Below are positions 8,045-18,327 of a stretch of DNA of 49,366 nt, piece after piece (the first letter of the stretch is position 1; the number at the start of each line of letters is the position of its first letter). Origin of the DNA: an uncultured Candidatus Saccharibacteria bacterium. Lineage in GTDB: Bacteria; Patescibacteriota; Minisyncoccia; Phycocordibacterales; DATDWN01. The translations under genes and the position numbers were made by a program. The notes under the pieces were generated by a model that worked only from the letters and a program-made list of their open reading frames with translations, made no database searches and had not been told where the DNA came from. Location: assembly GCA_964468795.1 (NCBI GenBank), contig CAYXWL010000001.1, positions 96,221-145,586 of the forward strand, written 5' to 3'.

Positions 8045-11000
8045 CTACTGCTGAACTTCGTACGGCAACGGTCTCTTTGATCGCAAATCTTCGATAAGCT
8101 TTGCTTTCTTTGAACCCTTGAATCCTGTACCTGCTGGAATAAGTCTTCCAAGAATAACGTTCTCCATAAGTCCTGAAAGCTCGTCCTCATTTCCCCTTAG
8201 GGCTGAGCCAATAAGCATTCGAGTAGTGTGCTGGAATGATGCTGCAGCTAGGAAGCTCTTTCGAGATAGTGAAATGTCTGTAATACCCATCACGACATCC
8301 TCTGCCTTTGCCTCCTCCTTTCCTTCTGCCTTTACTCGAGCATTTTCTTCTGCAACATAAGCTAGCTCGACGATATCTCCTTCCAAGAAGTTAGTATCAC
8401 CTGAAGATTTTATCTTCTTTCGAGAGAACATTTGTCTTACGATAGTTTCGATGTGCTTTCGAGACACTGTTTCTCCTTGAAGCTCGTATGGTCGGTTGAT
8501 TTCGTGAATAATGTAATCGATTGTCTTCTCCTTTCCTGCATATTTGAACAAATCATCAATATCTGCAGAACCGTCTGTTATCATATCTCCTCGTTTTACC
8601 TCATCACCAACTTTTACGTAGATAGTTCTGTATGGAGGTACGACGTATTCTATCTTGTCCTTTGTCTTTGTCCTGTCTTCAAGGTTTGGAGTAATGACAA
8701 TAGTCTTTTCCTTGTCAGTTACTCTGATTTCAGAAACTGTTCCGGAAACTGAGCAGACTACTGCAGGGTTCTTTGGCTTTCGCTTTTCTAGAATCTCTTC
8801 CACTCGTGGAAGACCCTGAATGATGTCTCCTCCAACTGAGGCGGCACCGGCAGCGTGCTTTGTGTTCATTGATAGCTGTGTTCCTGGCTCTCCGATAGCC
8901 TGTCCTGCAACTGTTCCAACTGCTTCTCCAAGTTCAACCACTTTGTTCTTTCCAAGATCAACTCCGTAGCACTTTACGCAAATACCGTTGAGAGTCTTGC
9001 ATGATAGAGGTGATCGAACTTTTACAGCATTGACACCAGCAGCCTCTACAGCTTCTGCATCCTTCTTTGAAAGAAGATGGTCTTTTTTGAATAGCACTTC
9101 CCCACTTGGAGAAACAACGTCAGCAGCCAAGAATCTTCCCTTGATGTTCTTTGCGATTGAAATTTCCATTCCAATAGCTGAGTTCTTGTCTATGACAATG
9201 TGATCCTTTGTTCCGCAATCCTCTTCCTTTATCATCGTGTCCTGAGCCACAACGAACAGCTTTCGAGTAAGGTAACCAGCCTTTGCAGTGTTTAGAGCAA
9301 GGTCGGTAAAGCTCTTTCGTGTACCGTGTGTAGTAATGAAGTATTCAAGAGGTGTAAGTCCTTCTTTTGAAGATGAGATGATTGGGAATTCGATAGTTTC
9401 TCCGAAGACGTTTGAAATAAGTCCCTTCATACCTGCCATCTGAGTTACGTTCGCCATCGAACCTCGAGCTCCAGAAGACACCATGTCTGCTACTGATCCG
9501 TTCTTTGGAAGTGTCTCAGGCATAATCTTTTCAATCTCTGCCTTTGCTCCGTGCCAAATTTCAGTTGTTTGTCTCTTTCTCTCTTCTTTTGAAATAAGCC
9601 CCTGATTAAAGTGTTCTATAACTGTATCAGCTTTTGATTTTGCCTTTGCGATGATAGAAGACTTTGCTTCTGGAATGACGATATCTTCAAGTCCCCATGT
9701 GATACCAGAGTAAGTAGCGTACTTGAATCCGAAATTCTTGATAGCATCAATTATCTTCGGTACGTTTTCAATTCCATACTTTTCAATTAGATCATCTACA
9801 AGAGTTGAAATTTTCTTTCGGTTTATTTCTCCGTTTATGAATGGATAATCCTTTGGCAATACAGAGTTGAACAATAGTCTTCCTACTGTAGTATCGAATA
9901 TCTTTCCTTCAAATCCCTTGTATTTCTCTGAATTTGTAGGAAGAACTTTTATTTTTGCTCGGAAAGACACTTCTCCCAAATCGTATGCCATGATAGCTCG
10001 GTTAGGATCAGCAAACATCTTTCCCTCTCCCTTATCTCCTGAAACTTCCTTTGTCATCCAGTAGCAACCAAGCACGATATCAAGCATTTTTGCTGATACA
10101 GTAGGATCTCCAGAACCTGGCTTTAGAATGTTCTTGTCCGAAGCCATTATTTCCTTTGCCTCAAGCTGTGCCTCATCTGAAAGAGGAACGTGAACGGCCA
10201 TCTGGTCTCCATCGAAGTCTGCGTTGAAAGCAGAACATACTAGAGGGTGAAGCTGGATAGCGTTTCCTTCGATAAGCACTGGTTTGAAAGCCTGAATACC
10301 AAGCCTGTGAAGGGTAGGTGCTCGGTTAAGAAGAACATACTTCTCTCTAATTACTTCTTCAAGGATTGCCCATACTTCTGGAATTCCATCCTCAATCAGC
10401 TTTGATGCGCCTCTTATGTTGTAAGCCAGTTCCTTCTGCAAAAGCTGAGAAATAACAAACGGCTTGAATAGCTCAAGAGCCATGTGCTTTGGAAGTCCGC
10501 ACTCTGAAAGCTTTAGATCGGGGCCCACAACGATAACTGATCGTCCTGAGTAGTCTACTCTCTTACCAAGAAGGTTCTGTCTGAAGATTCCTCTCTTTCC
10601 TTTCAAGTTATCTGCCAAAGACTTCAGCGGTCGTCTCTGCGACTGATTTACTGCTCCGCTTGCTGAACCGTGACGTGCAGAGTTGTCGATGAGAGCATCA
10701 ACTGCTTCCTGCAAGATTCTTTTTTCGTTTCGCAAAATAACATCTGGAGCATGAATTTCTTTCAGCTTCTTTAGTCGGTTGTTTCGGTTTATTACCCTTC
10801 TATACAAATCGTTCACGTCTGAAGTCGCATATCGTCCTCCATCTAGCGGAACCATAGGTCGCAATGCCGGCGGAATAACAGGGATGTGCGTTAGGAACAT
10901 CCACTCTGGCCTAATGTTTGAATTTATCATTGCTGAAACTACGCTGATTCTCTTTGAAATCTTTGCAGCATCAACACTGCTTGCCTTTGCATGCTCTTCG

Positions 11001-11710
11001 TTAAGCTGAGAGAGAAGCTTGTTCATGTCTATCTTCTTGAAGATGTTGAAGATAGCTTCTGCTCCGATTGAAGCTTCGAACATTGTTCCGTACTTCATTC
11101 CGAAGTTGTAGTACTCGACTTCATCAAGCACTCGTCCTTCCTGAATAGACTCGATCTCCCGCTTTGCATTAAGAAGCATTTCCTTTACTGCCTCTTTTGT
11201 CTTTTCATCCTGCAAGCTTTTTATTTTTGCCTTGTACTCTGAATCAAGATCCTTTAGATATCTTGTCCTGTCCTCTTCTGAAACTTTTGTAACGATGTAT
11301 CCGGCAAAGTATATAACCTTCTCGATATCTGCAACTGAAATACCTAGAACCATAGCGATTCGGCTTGGCATAGACTTTAGGAACCAGATGTGAGAAACCA
11401 CTGTTGCAAGCTCGATGTGTCCCATTCGCTCTCTTCGAACGATAGATCGAGTGATTTCAACTCCACATTTTTCACAAACTATTCCCTTGTATCTTATTCC
11501 TCGGTACTTTCCGCAATAGCATTCGTAATCCTTGTCTGGGCCGAAAATCTTTTCATCGAAAAGTCCGTTCTTTTCAGATCGCTGAGTTCTGTAGTTAATA
11601 GTTTCAGGCTTTGTAACTTCGCCGAAAGACCACTCCTTAATTCTCTCAGGAGAAGCGACTTTAAGCGCTATTGTCTCGAAATCATTTGAATTTTCTGTTC
11701 TTGTTTTCAT
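8045..11710 (-). CDS. rpoC: DNA-directed RNA polymerase subunit beta'
   Basis: NADFDGDQM catalytic motif, zinc-binding Cys cluster CYCGKY...CEKCGVE, 1221 aa. Confidence 0.97.
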   Translation of the reverse strand: MKTRTENSNDFETIALKVASPERIKEWSFGEVTKPETINYRTQRSEKNGLFDEKIFGPDKDYECYCGKYRGIRYKGIVCEKCGVEITRSIVRRERMGHIELATVVSHIWFLKSMPSRIAMVLGISVADIEKVIYFAGYIVTKVSEEDRTRYLKDLDSEYKAKIKSLQDEKTKEAVKEMLLNAKREIESIQEGRVLDEVEYYNFGMKYGTMFEASIGAEAIFNIFKKIDMNKLLSQLNEEHAKASSVDAAKISKRISVVSAMINSNIRPEWMFLTHIPVIPPALRPMVPLDGGRYATSDVNDLYRRVINRNNRLKKLKEIHAPDVILRNEKRILQEAVDALIDNSARHGSASGAVNQSQRRPLKSLADNLKGKRGIFRQNLLGKRVDYSGRSVIVVGPDLKLSECGLPKHMALELFKPFVISQLLQKELAYNIRGASKLIEDGIPEVWAILEEVIREKYVLLNRAPTLHRLGIQAFKPVLIEGNAIQLHPLVCSAFNADFDGDQMAVHVPLSDEAQLEAKEIMASDKNILKPGSGDPTVSAKMLDIVLGCYWMTKEVSGDKGEGKMFADPNRAIMAYDLGEVSFRAKIKVLPTNSEKYKGFEGKIFDTTVGRLLFNSVLPKDYPFINGEINRKKISTLVDDLIEKYGIENVPKIIDAIKNFGFKYATYSGITWGLEDIVIPEAKSSIIAKAKSKADTVIEHFNQGLISKEERKRQTTEIWHGAKAEIEKIMPETLPKNGSVADMVSSGARGSMANVTQMAGMKGLISNVFGETIEFPIISSSKEGLTPLEYFITTHGTRKSFTDLALNTAKAGYLTRKLFVVAQDTMIKEEDCGTKDHIVIDKNSAIGMEISIAKNIKGRFLAADVVSPSGEVLFKKDHLLSKKDAEAVEAAGVNAVKVRSPLSCKTLNGICVKCYGVDLGKNKVVELGEAVGTVAGQAIGEPGTQLSMNTKHAAGAASVGGDIIQGLPRVEEILEKRKPKNPAVVCSVSGTVSEIRVTDKEKTIVITPNLEDRTKTKDKIEYVVPPYRTIYVKVGDEVKRGDMITDGSADIDDLFKYAGKEKTIDYIIHEINRPYELQGETVSRKHIETIVRQMFSRKKIKSSGDTNFLEGDIVELAYVAEENARVKAEGKEEAKAEDVVMGITDISLSRKSFLAAASFQHTTRMLIGSALRGNEDELSGLMENVILGRLIPAGTGFKGSKKAKLIEDLRSKRPLPYEVQQ

Positions 11711-11732
11711 GTTTTTGATTGAGAATTAAGTT

Positions 11733-14700
11733 TTAAGCTTCGTACTTGTGACCGTCTAGCAATTCTTTCGACCCTTTCTTTATCTGAACATCCAGTGCCA
11801 AACCTCTAAGATTGTTTAGCAACACGTTAAACGACGCAGGCGTATTCATCTGAGTGATAGGAAGTCCTTTCACGATTGCGTCGAACGCTGCTGATCGTCC
11901 TGTAATATCGTCAGACTTTATTGTCAAAATTTCCTGCAGAGTATGTGCAGCTCCGTGACCGAGTAGCGCCCACACTTCCATTTCTCCAAATCTCTGTCCT
12001 CCATTCTGAGCCTTTCCTCCGAGAGGCTGCTGTGTAATAAGAGAGTATGGACCGATTGATCGCATGTGGATCTTGTCCTCCACCATGTGGTGAAGCTTCA
12101 TTATGTACATGTAGCCCACTACAACTTCCTGCTCGAAGGCTTCTCCTGTTCTTCCATCATACAGCTTCATCTTTCCTGATTCTGAGAAGCCAGCTTTCTT
12201 TAATTCGTCTTTTATTTCATCGTTTGTAGCTCCAACGAAAGGAGGAACGATAGCTTGATATCCAAGTGTATTTGCTGCAAGACCCAAGTGAAGCTCGAGA
12301 ATCTGTCCCAAGTTCATTCTTGATGGCACTCCAAGCGGTGTCAAAATAACATCAATAGGCGTTCCATCTGCCATATATGGCATATCCTCTTCTGGAAGTA
12401 TCTTTGAAATAACTCCCTTGTTTCCGTGTCGTCCAGCAAGCTTGTCTCCTACAGACACATTTCTTAGCTGTGCAACCTCGATATAAATCTGCTTTATGAT
12501 TCCTGAATCAAGCTTGTCTCCCTTTTCTCGTGAGAATATTTTTACGCTGATAACTCGTCCTCGCTTTCCTCCTTCCATTCTCTCTGATGTATCTTTTACA
12601 TCATGAGCCTTCTCGCCGAAAAGGCTTCGAAGTAGTCTTTCTTCTGGAGTAAGCTGTGTCTCTCCCTTTGGAGTAATTTTTCCAACCAAAATGTCTCCTG
12701 GTCTTACCTCTGCTCCAACTCTGATGATTCCGTCTTCTGCCAAGTTCTTAAGCTTTGACTCTCCGACGTTTGGAATATCGCATGTTGTAACTTCAGGACC
12801 TAGCTTTGTATCTCGCACGTTCACTACGAACTCTTCAATATGTATAGATGTGAACTTTGAATCCTTTACTACTCTTTCAGAAAGGATGATAGCGTCTTCG
12901 TAGTTTGATCCAGACCATGACATGAAAGCAACGAGCATGTTCTGACCGATTGCAGCCTGACCATTGTCTGATGCTGATGTGTCAGCAAGAAGATCGCCTT
13001 TCTTAACTTTGTCTCCGACTGAAACTGAAGGTCTCTGGTGGAAAGCTGTAAATCCGTTTGTTCTGGAGAAAGTAATCAGCTTGTATTCCTTCTCCTTTCC
13101 TTTGTCATTCTTTACAACGATCTTTACGCCGTCAGCATGAGTAACTACTCCCGCTTCTTCAGCGATAACAAGTCGTCCAGTATCTCGGATAGCGTCTACC
13201 TCCATTCCTGTAGCAACTAGAGGAACTTCTGGGATAACGCAAGGAGTTGCCTGCCTCTGCATGTTTGATGCCATTAGCGCTCGGTTTGCTTCGTCGTGGT
13301 TTAGGAAAGGAATCATTGATGTGGCAATTGAAAATGCCTGGCTAGTTGAAACATCAATGAAATCAACCTTGTCCTTTGAAACTGTGCTTGGCTCTCCGCC
13401 AATTCGAACTTCTACCTGATCAACAGTAATCTTGTCGTCTTCTACCGGAGTTGCTGCATGGGCAATAGCATACTCCTCTTCTTCTGAAGCGTTTAGATAA
13501 ACTATTTCGCCTGTAACTTTTCCGTTCTTTACTTTTGCATATGGAGTCTCGATCATTCCAAAGCTGTTGATTCGAGCATAAATAGCAAGCCTTAGCACAA
13601 GACCGATGTTCGGACCTTCTGGCGTATGTATTGGACAAATTCTTCCATAGTGAGATGGGTGAACGTCTCTAACTTCGAATCCTGCTCGTGTTCGGTTTAG
13701 TCCTCCAGGTCCGAGAGCTGAAAGAAGTCTCAGGTTTTCGATTTCAGCAAGAGGATTTTCTTGCGTCATGAACTGTGAAAGCTGGTTTGTTGTAAAGAAT
13801 TCCTTGATTCTTGCCTGAAGTGGTTTTGGAGAAATAAACTGTATAGGCAAAGTAACATCCGTCTCTATAGTAGACATCTTGTTCTGAATGTTTCTCTTTA
13901 TCTGGGCCATACCAGTTCGAATCTTTGCTTGGAATAGTTCTCCGACAAATCGAACTCGCCTTGATCCTAGGTGATCAATATCGTCTTCCTGTGCATGAGG
14001 AGTGTTGTTCAAAAGCGCGATGTGAGAAATGATTGTGACAATATCGTCCAAGTTTATTGTCTTTCTCTTAAGCTCCTTCTCATCCATCTTCTTTCCGAAC
14101 CTCTTGTTAAATCTGTATCGTCCTACAGGTGAAAGGTCATATCTCTCGGCATCAAATATAGACATGACGAATTCCTTGGCATTTTCTGCTGTAGCCAAGT
14201 CGCCGTCTCGCAATTTTTTGTGAATCTCAATAAAAGCCTCATCTATGCTCTTTCCGTGATCCTTTGCAAGAGTCTTTACAATAGACTGTGTGCCGAATTC
14301 ATCTCCTTCAAATAATTTCTTTATGGCCTCATCATCTTTTGCTCCAAGCGCTCTAAGCAGAGTTGTAGCAGCAAACTTTCGCTTTCGGTCGATTCGCACA
14401 TATATAACGCCGTCGTGATCTGACTCGATCTCAACCCATGCGCCTCTTGAAGGAATAACCTTCGCACCGAACATTTTTCGTCCCTTTATCTCGCCTGCTG
14501 TAAAGAATACTCCGTATGATCGGGCTAGCTGAGGCACGATTACTCGCTCAACTCCTGAAATAATAAATGTTCCGTGCGAAGTCATTAGGGGGAAGTCTGC
14601 CATGAAAATTTCCTGCTCTTTTTCTGAACCGATTACATGGTTCTTTAATTTTACCTTCACCTTCAAAGGAGCTTCGTAAGAAAGCTTGTTGTCCTTTGCG

Positions 14701-14930
14701 TAGTATTCGTCGTACTTAGGTTCTGAAAGCTCAAAACCTGTAAAATCTAAAGTAAACTTCTTCTCTGAATAGTCTTTTATAGATGAAAATTCCTCAAATA
14801 CCTCCTTGAGACCCTTTTCAATGAGCCACTTGAATGACTCGATCTGAGGCTCGACAAAATTCGGTGTCGGAGCCAAAGCCTTCTTGAATCGGCCGAAAAA
14901 CTTCTGTGGACGCGCAGTTGTTTTGTTCAT
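11733..14930 (-). CDS. rpoB: DNA-directed RNA polymerase subunit beta
   Basis: Conserved beta motifs (GRHGNKGVISKI, QQPLGGKAQNGGQRFGEMEVWAL), 1065 aa, immediately upstream of rpoC. Confidence 0.97.
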   Translation of the reverse strand: MNKTTARPQKFFGRFKKALAPTPNFVEPQIESFKWLIEKGLKEVFEEFSSIKDYSEKKFTLDFTGFELSEPKYDEYYAKDNKLSYEAPLKVKVKLKNHVIGSEKEQEIFMADFPLMTSHGTFIISGVERVIVPQLARSYGVFFTAGEIKGRKMFGAKVIPSRGAWVEIESDHDGVIYVRIDRKRKFAATTLLRALGAKDDEAIKKLFEGDEFGTQSIVKTLAKDHGKSIDEAFIEIHKKLRDGDLATAENAKEFVMSIFDAERYDLSPVGRYRFNKRFGKKMDEKELKRKTINLDDIVTIISHIALLNNTPHAQEDDIDHLGSRRVRFVGELFQAKIRTGMAQIKRNIQNKMSTIETDVTLPIQFISPKPLQARIKEFFTTNQLSQFMTQENPLAEIENLRLLSALGPGGLNRTRAGFEVRDVHPSHYGRICPIHTPEGPNIGLVLRLAIYARINSFGMIETPYAKVKNGKVTGEIVYLNASEEEEYAIAHAATPVEDDKITVDQVEVRIGGEPSTVSKDKVDFIDVSTSQAFSIATSMIPFLNHDEANRALMASNMQRQATPCVIPEVPLVATGMEVDAIRDTGRLVIAEEAGVVTHADGVKIVVKNDKGKEKEYKLITFSRTNGFTAFHQRPSVSVGDKVKKGDLLADTSASDNGQAAIGQNMLVAFMSWSGSNYEDAIILSERVVKDSKFTSIHIEEFVVNVRDTKLGPEVTTCDIPNVGESKLKNLAEDGIIRVGAEVRPGDILVGKITPKGETQLTPEERLLRSLFGEKAHDVKDTSERMEGGKRGRVISVKIFSREKGDKLDSGIIKQIYIEVAQLRNVSVGDKLAGRHGNKGVISKILPEEDMPYMADGTPIDVILTPLGVPSRMNLGQILELHLGLAANTLGYQAIVPPFVGATNDEIKDELKKAGFSESGKMKLYDGRTGEAFEQEVVVGYMYIMKLHHMVEDKIHMRSIGPYSLITQQPLGGKAQNGGQRFGEMEVWALLGHGAAHTLQEILTIKSDDITGRSAAFDAIVKGLPITQMNTPASFNVLLNNLRGLALDVQIKKGSKELLDGHKYEA

Positions 14931-15143
14931 ATAAAAAATTGTACTTTTTAATAATAGAACCCCTTACAAAGACAACAGTTCACCGAAACGAAAAAACGAA
15001 CAAAAAACAGACCATCCCCTTATTATGGTTTGCTTTTTGTTGACTTTAATTAGCGAGTATGTCGCAAAGTAGTTTCGAGAAGCAATTATCCCCCTTATAA
15101 TTCCCCCTTCTTCTGCCAAAACTCAATCGTGAAGTTAATAAGA

Positions 15144-15173
15144 AGTATACGTCAAGTAGGTATATTTTGTCAA
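15144..15173 (-). promoter_or_regulatory. candidate rpoBC promoter (TTGACA-18-TATACT)
   Basis: Reverse complement reads TTGACAaaatatacctacttgacgTATACT. Implies a leader of about 210 nt. Confidence 0.4.
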
Positions 15174-15285
15174 CAAATATGTCAACAATGGTATCCCCAA
15201 CCTATTCACAAGGCTGTTTGACACACTAAAAAACAGCCTTCCTTGACCTATATTACAGTTCAATTTCCCATTTATTTCACTTATT

Positions 15286-15534
15286 TTAGTTCTTTGCGAT
15301 CTCAAAAACCTTTATTTTAGAGCTATGACCTGAAACTAGGTCCACCTCACTGACGGAAATGCCAAAGTGCTTAGCCAAAAGCCGGGTAATAGCATAGTTG
15401 GCTTTTCCATCAACTGGGCGTTCTTTTGTGGAAACTGTATAGTAGCTTCTCTCTTCTTCTTTAAATAGCTTTTCTTCTGGAGGCAAAACTTCCTCTTTTT
15501 TTGAACCAGTCTTGGCTTTTACAAAAATTTTCAT
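15286..15534 (-). CDS. DUF167 (YggU-like) family protein
   Basis: GKANYAITRLLAKHFGISVSEVDLVSGHSSKIKVFEI matches the DUF167 pattern (recognised by eye). Confidence 0.7.
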   Translation of the reverse strand: MKIFVKAKTGSKKEEVLPPEEKLFKEEERSYYTVSTKERPVDGKANYAITRLLAKHFGISVSEVDLVSGHSSKIKVFEIAKN

Positions 15535-15569
15535 ATTGACTTTTATTAAGTTACAGATAACATACCTAT

Positions 15570-15741
15570 CAATGCTGTGGAGAATATAGCTCCCAACAGC
15601 ACGCTTAAGGTTCCAAGATCTTAAGGCTCACAGATTGCCAATGAGCTCTTGTCCGGGTGTGCATCGGTATAGGAGACGACATTCTTTGAGTAATAGCACT
15701 CAACCTATTGGGCCCGCCAAACCGGCGGGCTATTTTTATTT
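15570..15741 (+). ncRNA. candidate unassigned small RNA (promoter-to-terminator unit with no ORF)
   Basis: TTGACT (15536-15541) with TAACAT 16 nt downstream. Internal hairpins GCTGT/ACAGC, CTTAAG/CTTAAG, TGAGT/ACTCA. Strong plus-strand terminator gcccgcc-aaacc-ggcgggc-tatttttattt at 15712-15741. No SRP, 6S, tmRNA or tRNA signature recognised. Confidence 0.25.
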
Positions 15742-15993
15742 CAAAACTCCTTCCTTCTTTAAAATTTTTATCTTCTTATCTTCTCCTCGATTATACCCTC
15801 CAGTTTTACCATCAGACCTAATAACTCTGTGACAGGGTATTTTGGAATCATAATTTTTATTCAAAATATTTCCAACTGCCCTGAATGCATTCGGACTTCC
15901 AGCTTTCCTTGCTACTTCCTTGTAGGTCAAAACCTTGCCTTCCGGAATTTTGCTTACCACATCCCTGACTCTGTCTCCAAATGTCTTATTCAC
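15736..15993 (-). CDS. MGMT-family methylated-DNA--protein-cysteine methyltransferase, single-domain (85 aa)
   Basis: Active-site motif IPCHRVIRSDGKTGGY retains the Cys, unlike ATL proteins. Last gene of the lexA operon. Confidence 0.8.
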   Translation of the reverse strand: MNKTFGDRVRDVVSKIPEGKVLTYKEVARKAGSPNAFRAVGNILNKNYDSKIPCHRVIRSDGKTGGYNRGEDKKIKILKKEGVLK

Positions 15994-16255
15994 CTTTTTC
16001 TAAATGTTTATACAAAGTGCCCGTAATAAAAAGTATCAATACACCGCAGATAATAAGAATCTCTGGGTTTTCTTTTATAACAACGTATTCATCAGTCAAA
16101 AGATCAAACCCATGCAGTATTGCAGCAAAGCTGAATGTCAAAAGAAAAGCAAAAAGCAGGGGATATCTTTTGAGCACTGGCTGAGTATATTTGCCTGCAC
16201 CGTCATGAATCTCCTTAACCAGTCTTTCTATATTTAATATTGGGTCTTTTTCCAT
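15986..16255 (-). CDS. hypothetical small membrane protein
   Basis: Two hydrophobic stretches (PLLFAFLLTFSFAAILHGF, ILIICGVLILFITGTL). Overlaps its neighbours in operon style. Confidence 0.4.
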   Translation of the reverse strand: MEKDPILNIERLVKEIHDGAGKYTQPVLKRYPLLFAFLLTFSFAAILHGFDLLTDEYVVIKENPEILIICGVLILFITGTLYKHLEKGE

Positions 16256-16790
16256 GACTTGATTCTATCACAAATCTGTATAACTTTTTAGACCAAACTG
16301 GTCCGCTTGAATCAATACCGATTCGTGGAGTTCTTCTTACTTTTATTCCACTTGATTCGCTTAGTACCTCTTCAATCCAAAGTCCGGATTTTCTGCTCAA
16401 TTTTTTACCATTTAGATTTTTATCAATTAAAAGTTTCTTAGTCAGCCTTGCTGGGCCAACCACATCTTCAACACCTCTTATTAAAACTGCTGATGGAAAA
16501 CCTTCTTTTTCACAAACAATATTTAGCATCCAGTGAATGCCGTATGTAAAATAAACATAAATAGTCCCAGGTTCTCCGAACATTGGGGTATTTCTGGGAG
16601 TTTGGCCTCTATGAGCATGCGAAGCCTTGTCTTCTGTGCCGTGATAAGCCTCTGTTTCAATTATTTTATAAACAAATTTCTTCCCATCTACTTCTCTTAC
16701 CAAATATTTCCCCAGCAAATCTTTAGCAACTAGAATAGAACTTCTATCAAAGAAATCTGGTGTTAATATTTTCTGTGAAATCTTATTCAT
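16215..16790 (-). CDS. mpg: DNA-3-methyladenine glycosylase (MPG/AAG family)
   Basis: ETEAYHGTEDKASHAHRGQTPRNTPMFGEPGTIYVYFTYGIHWMLN is the MPG-family signature. Confidence 0.85.
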   Translation of the reverse strand: MNKISQKILTPDFFDRSSILVAKDLLGKYLVREVDGKKFVYKIIETEAYHGTEDKASHAHRGQTPRNTPMFGEPGTIYVYFTYGIHWMLNIVCEKEGFPSAVLIRGVEDVVGPARLTKKLLIDKNLNGKKLSRKSGLWIEEVLSESSGIKVRRTPRIGIDSSGPVWSKKLYRFVIESSHGKRPNIKYRKTG

Positions 16791-17086
16791 TATAAAGTAA
16801 TAGTAATTTTAATATTATCATCTTCAAATATGGATTCTTTCTTCCTAATATTCTTTTTTATTGATAGCAAATAGCTTTCTGACTCCTTATGTTGAAACAG
16901 AGCTGTGTCCCAACTGCTTTTGCCCAAAGTAACTTTTGTTTTTACGAAACCAGCACCATATGATTTTTTCAATGCTTTAATTTTCTTTGAAGTATCCTTT
17001 GGCAAAGTCACAAAATGCCAACCGCCATAACCCGGCCATCTCCAAACTTTTCCCTGAAAGCTAAATTTAGTTATTTTGGTTGCCAT
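16790..17086 (-). CDS. DUF1905-like protein
   Basis: FQGKVWRWPGYGGWHFVTLPKDTSKKIK resembles the DUF1905 N-terminal pattern. Confidence 0.55.
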   Translation of the reverse strand: MATKITKFSFQGKVWRWPGYGGWHFVTLPKDTSKKIKALKKSYGAGFVKTKVTLGKSSWDTALFQHKESESYLLSIKKNIRKKESIFEDDNIKITITL

Positions 17087-17319
17087 TTATTCCTCAACTC
17101 ACTTCTTATTTCATTTAGGAGTTTTCTTGATTGAGCTAACTCATTTTTATTTACAAAAACAGGATACCAATTGTCTATACTAAGAGCGTTACCATTACCA
17201 TCATATGAAACCTTTCCTTTTCTCTTTGTGAAAAAATCAATTTCGTCAAACTGTTCTTTGGTTGCATTTGTTAAGAATAGCTCAATTTGATGTTGTTCAG
17301 GGTGAGTAAATATTTTCAT
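17071..17319 (-). CDS. hypothetical protein in lexA operon
   Basis: 82-aa ORF, 6 nt downstream of lexA, overlapping the next gene. No family recognised. Confidence 0.4.
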   Translation of the reverse strand: MKIFTHPEQHQIELFLTNATKEQFDEIDFFTKRKGKVSYDGNGNALSIDNWYPVFVNKNELAQSRKLLNEIRSELRNKWQPK

Positions 17320-17325
17320 AAAAAG

Positions 17326-17904
17326 TTAGTATCGTCTAATAACACCGCGAACAATGGCTGCCACTCTCAAATCATATTCGGGATAAATTGGAGCATAGTT
17401 TTTGTTTGCAGGCTTAAGGTAAACTATATTCCCTTTCTTTTTGAAATATTTCATCGTCCACCCACCATCAACCTCTGCAATGACTATGTCTCCGTCTTTT
17501 GGATTGCCTCGCCTTTCTACGATAACCAAGTCGCCCTCATGTATACCCTCGTCTATCATGGAGTCGCCTTTTACTTCGAGCAGGTAGGTGGACGACTTAT
17601 CACGAATAAGATAATCATCTAGACTTATGGTATCCAAAGTGTTTGGATCAACTACTGTAGGAATACCAGCTTCTACTAGTCCAAGTATTGGAACTTCGCC
17701 GAATATTTTCATCGGGGTAAGCTTGCCGTTTGAGTCCTTGTCCAAAACCTCGTCAGCTACAAGTTTATTAATCAATTTATAAACTGCATTTTTCGACTTG
17801 AATCCAACAAGATCCATAATTTCCTTGTAGCCAGGCATTCTTTTATTTTTCCTGTAGAAACTAATTATCTTGTCCCTGTATTGTGAGTATTTTTCGTCGC
17901 TCAT
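17326..17904 (-). CDS. lexA: LexA repressor (S24 peptidase)
   Basis: N-terminal winged HTH. Probable cleavage site VEAGIP, with catalytic Ser in VKGDSM and Lys in the ANKNYAP/VRGVIRRY region. Confidence 0.9.
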   Translation of the reverse strand: MSDEKYSQYRDKIISFYRKNKRMPGYKEIMDLVGFKSKNAVYKLINKLVADEVLDKDSNGKLTPMKIFGEVPILGLVEAGIPTVVDPNTLDTISLDDYLIRDKSSTYLLEVKGDSMIDEGIHEGDLVIVERRGNPKDGDIVIAEVDGGWTMKYFKKKGNIVYLKPANKNYAPIYPEYDLRVAAIVRGVIRRY

Positions 17905-17918
17905 TGTTTTATATAGTA

Positions 17919-18107
17919 TTAAACCAAACTAAATGATCTCGAAAACCATGCTCCATTTCTTTTCATGTTAGCAAGCGAATTTAGAATTTCTTTGTGCCTT
18001 CGCGCTTCTTTTGAATATGAAAGCCCACGAATAATCCTGCTGTCTATTATTTCATTAATAACTTTCAATTCTTTCTTTAATGCTTTTTCTACGTTTTGCT
18101 TGCTCAT
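17919..18107 (-). CDS. hypothetical small protein, first gene of the SOS-box-controlled operon
   Basis: 62-aa basic ORF located between the SOS-box promoter and lexA. Confidence 0.4.
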   Translation of the reverse strand: MSKQNVEKALKKELKVINEIIDSRIIRGLSYSKEARRHKEILNSLANMKRNGAWFSRSFSLV

Positions 18108-18158
18108 TGTGGTTTTAAAATTATTATTAATAAATTTATTGTACTTGTGATATATGTA

Positions 18159-18187
18159 GTATAGGTGAACTAAGGTTCACTAGCAAC
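18159..18187 (-). promoter_or_regulatory. lexA-operon promoter with LexA (Cheo-type) box in the spacer
   Basis: Reverse complement reads TTGCTA-gtGAACcttaGTTCacc-TATACT. The GAAC-N4-GTTC palindrome (18168-18179, extended GTGAAC/GTTCAC 18166-18181) fills the 17-nt spacer. Confidence 0.75.
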
Positions 18188-18292
18188 AATTTTGGCTGTG
18201 GAAAAGAAAACAAGACACGAATTTTTTGCTATGAAAAGATGAGCGTTAATTTAGCCCATATTTGAGGGCTTTTTTTAAAACCAAATTTCAGC

Positions 18293-18321
18293 TTGACAAT
18301 TATTTTATAATATGCTAGTAT
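18293..18321 (+). promoter_or_regulatory. sigma70-type promoter (TTGACA-17-TAGTAT) for candidate sRNA
   Basis: TTGACAattattttataatatgcTAGTAT, with no ORF downstream. Confidence 0.5.
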
Positions 18322-18327
18322 ATTAGT

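Noticed and set aside
8118-14223. Numerous 60-106-aa ORFs inside or antisense to rpoC and rpoB, and similar ones inside the helicase, smc, dnaE, gyrB and rnr genes
   Set aside because: They are fully nested in strongly supported conserved genes, have low-complexity translations and have no start signals.
15635-15832. 65-aa plus-strand ORF across the candidate ncRNA and the MGMT-like gene
   Set aside because: It runs through a terminator hairpin and antisense into a supported CDS. It has no SD or -10-proximal ATG, and its P/S/F-rich translation is implausible.
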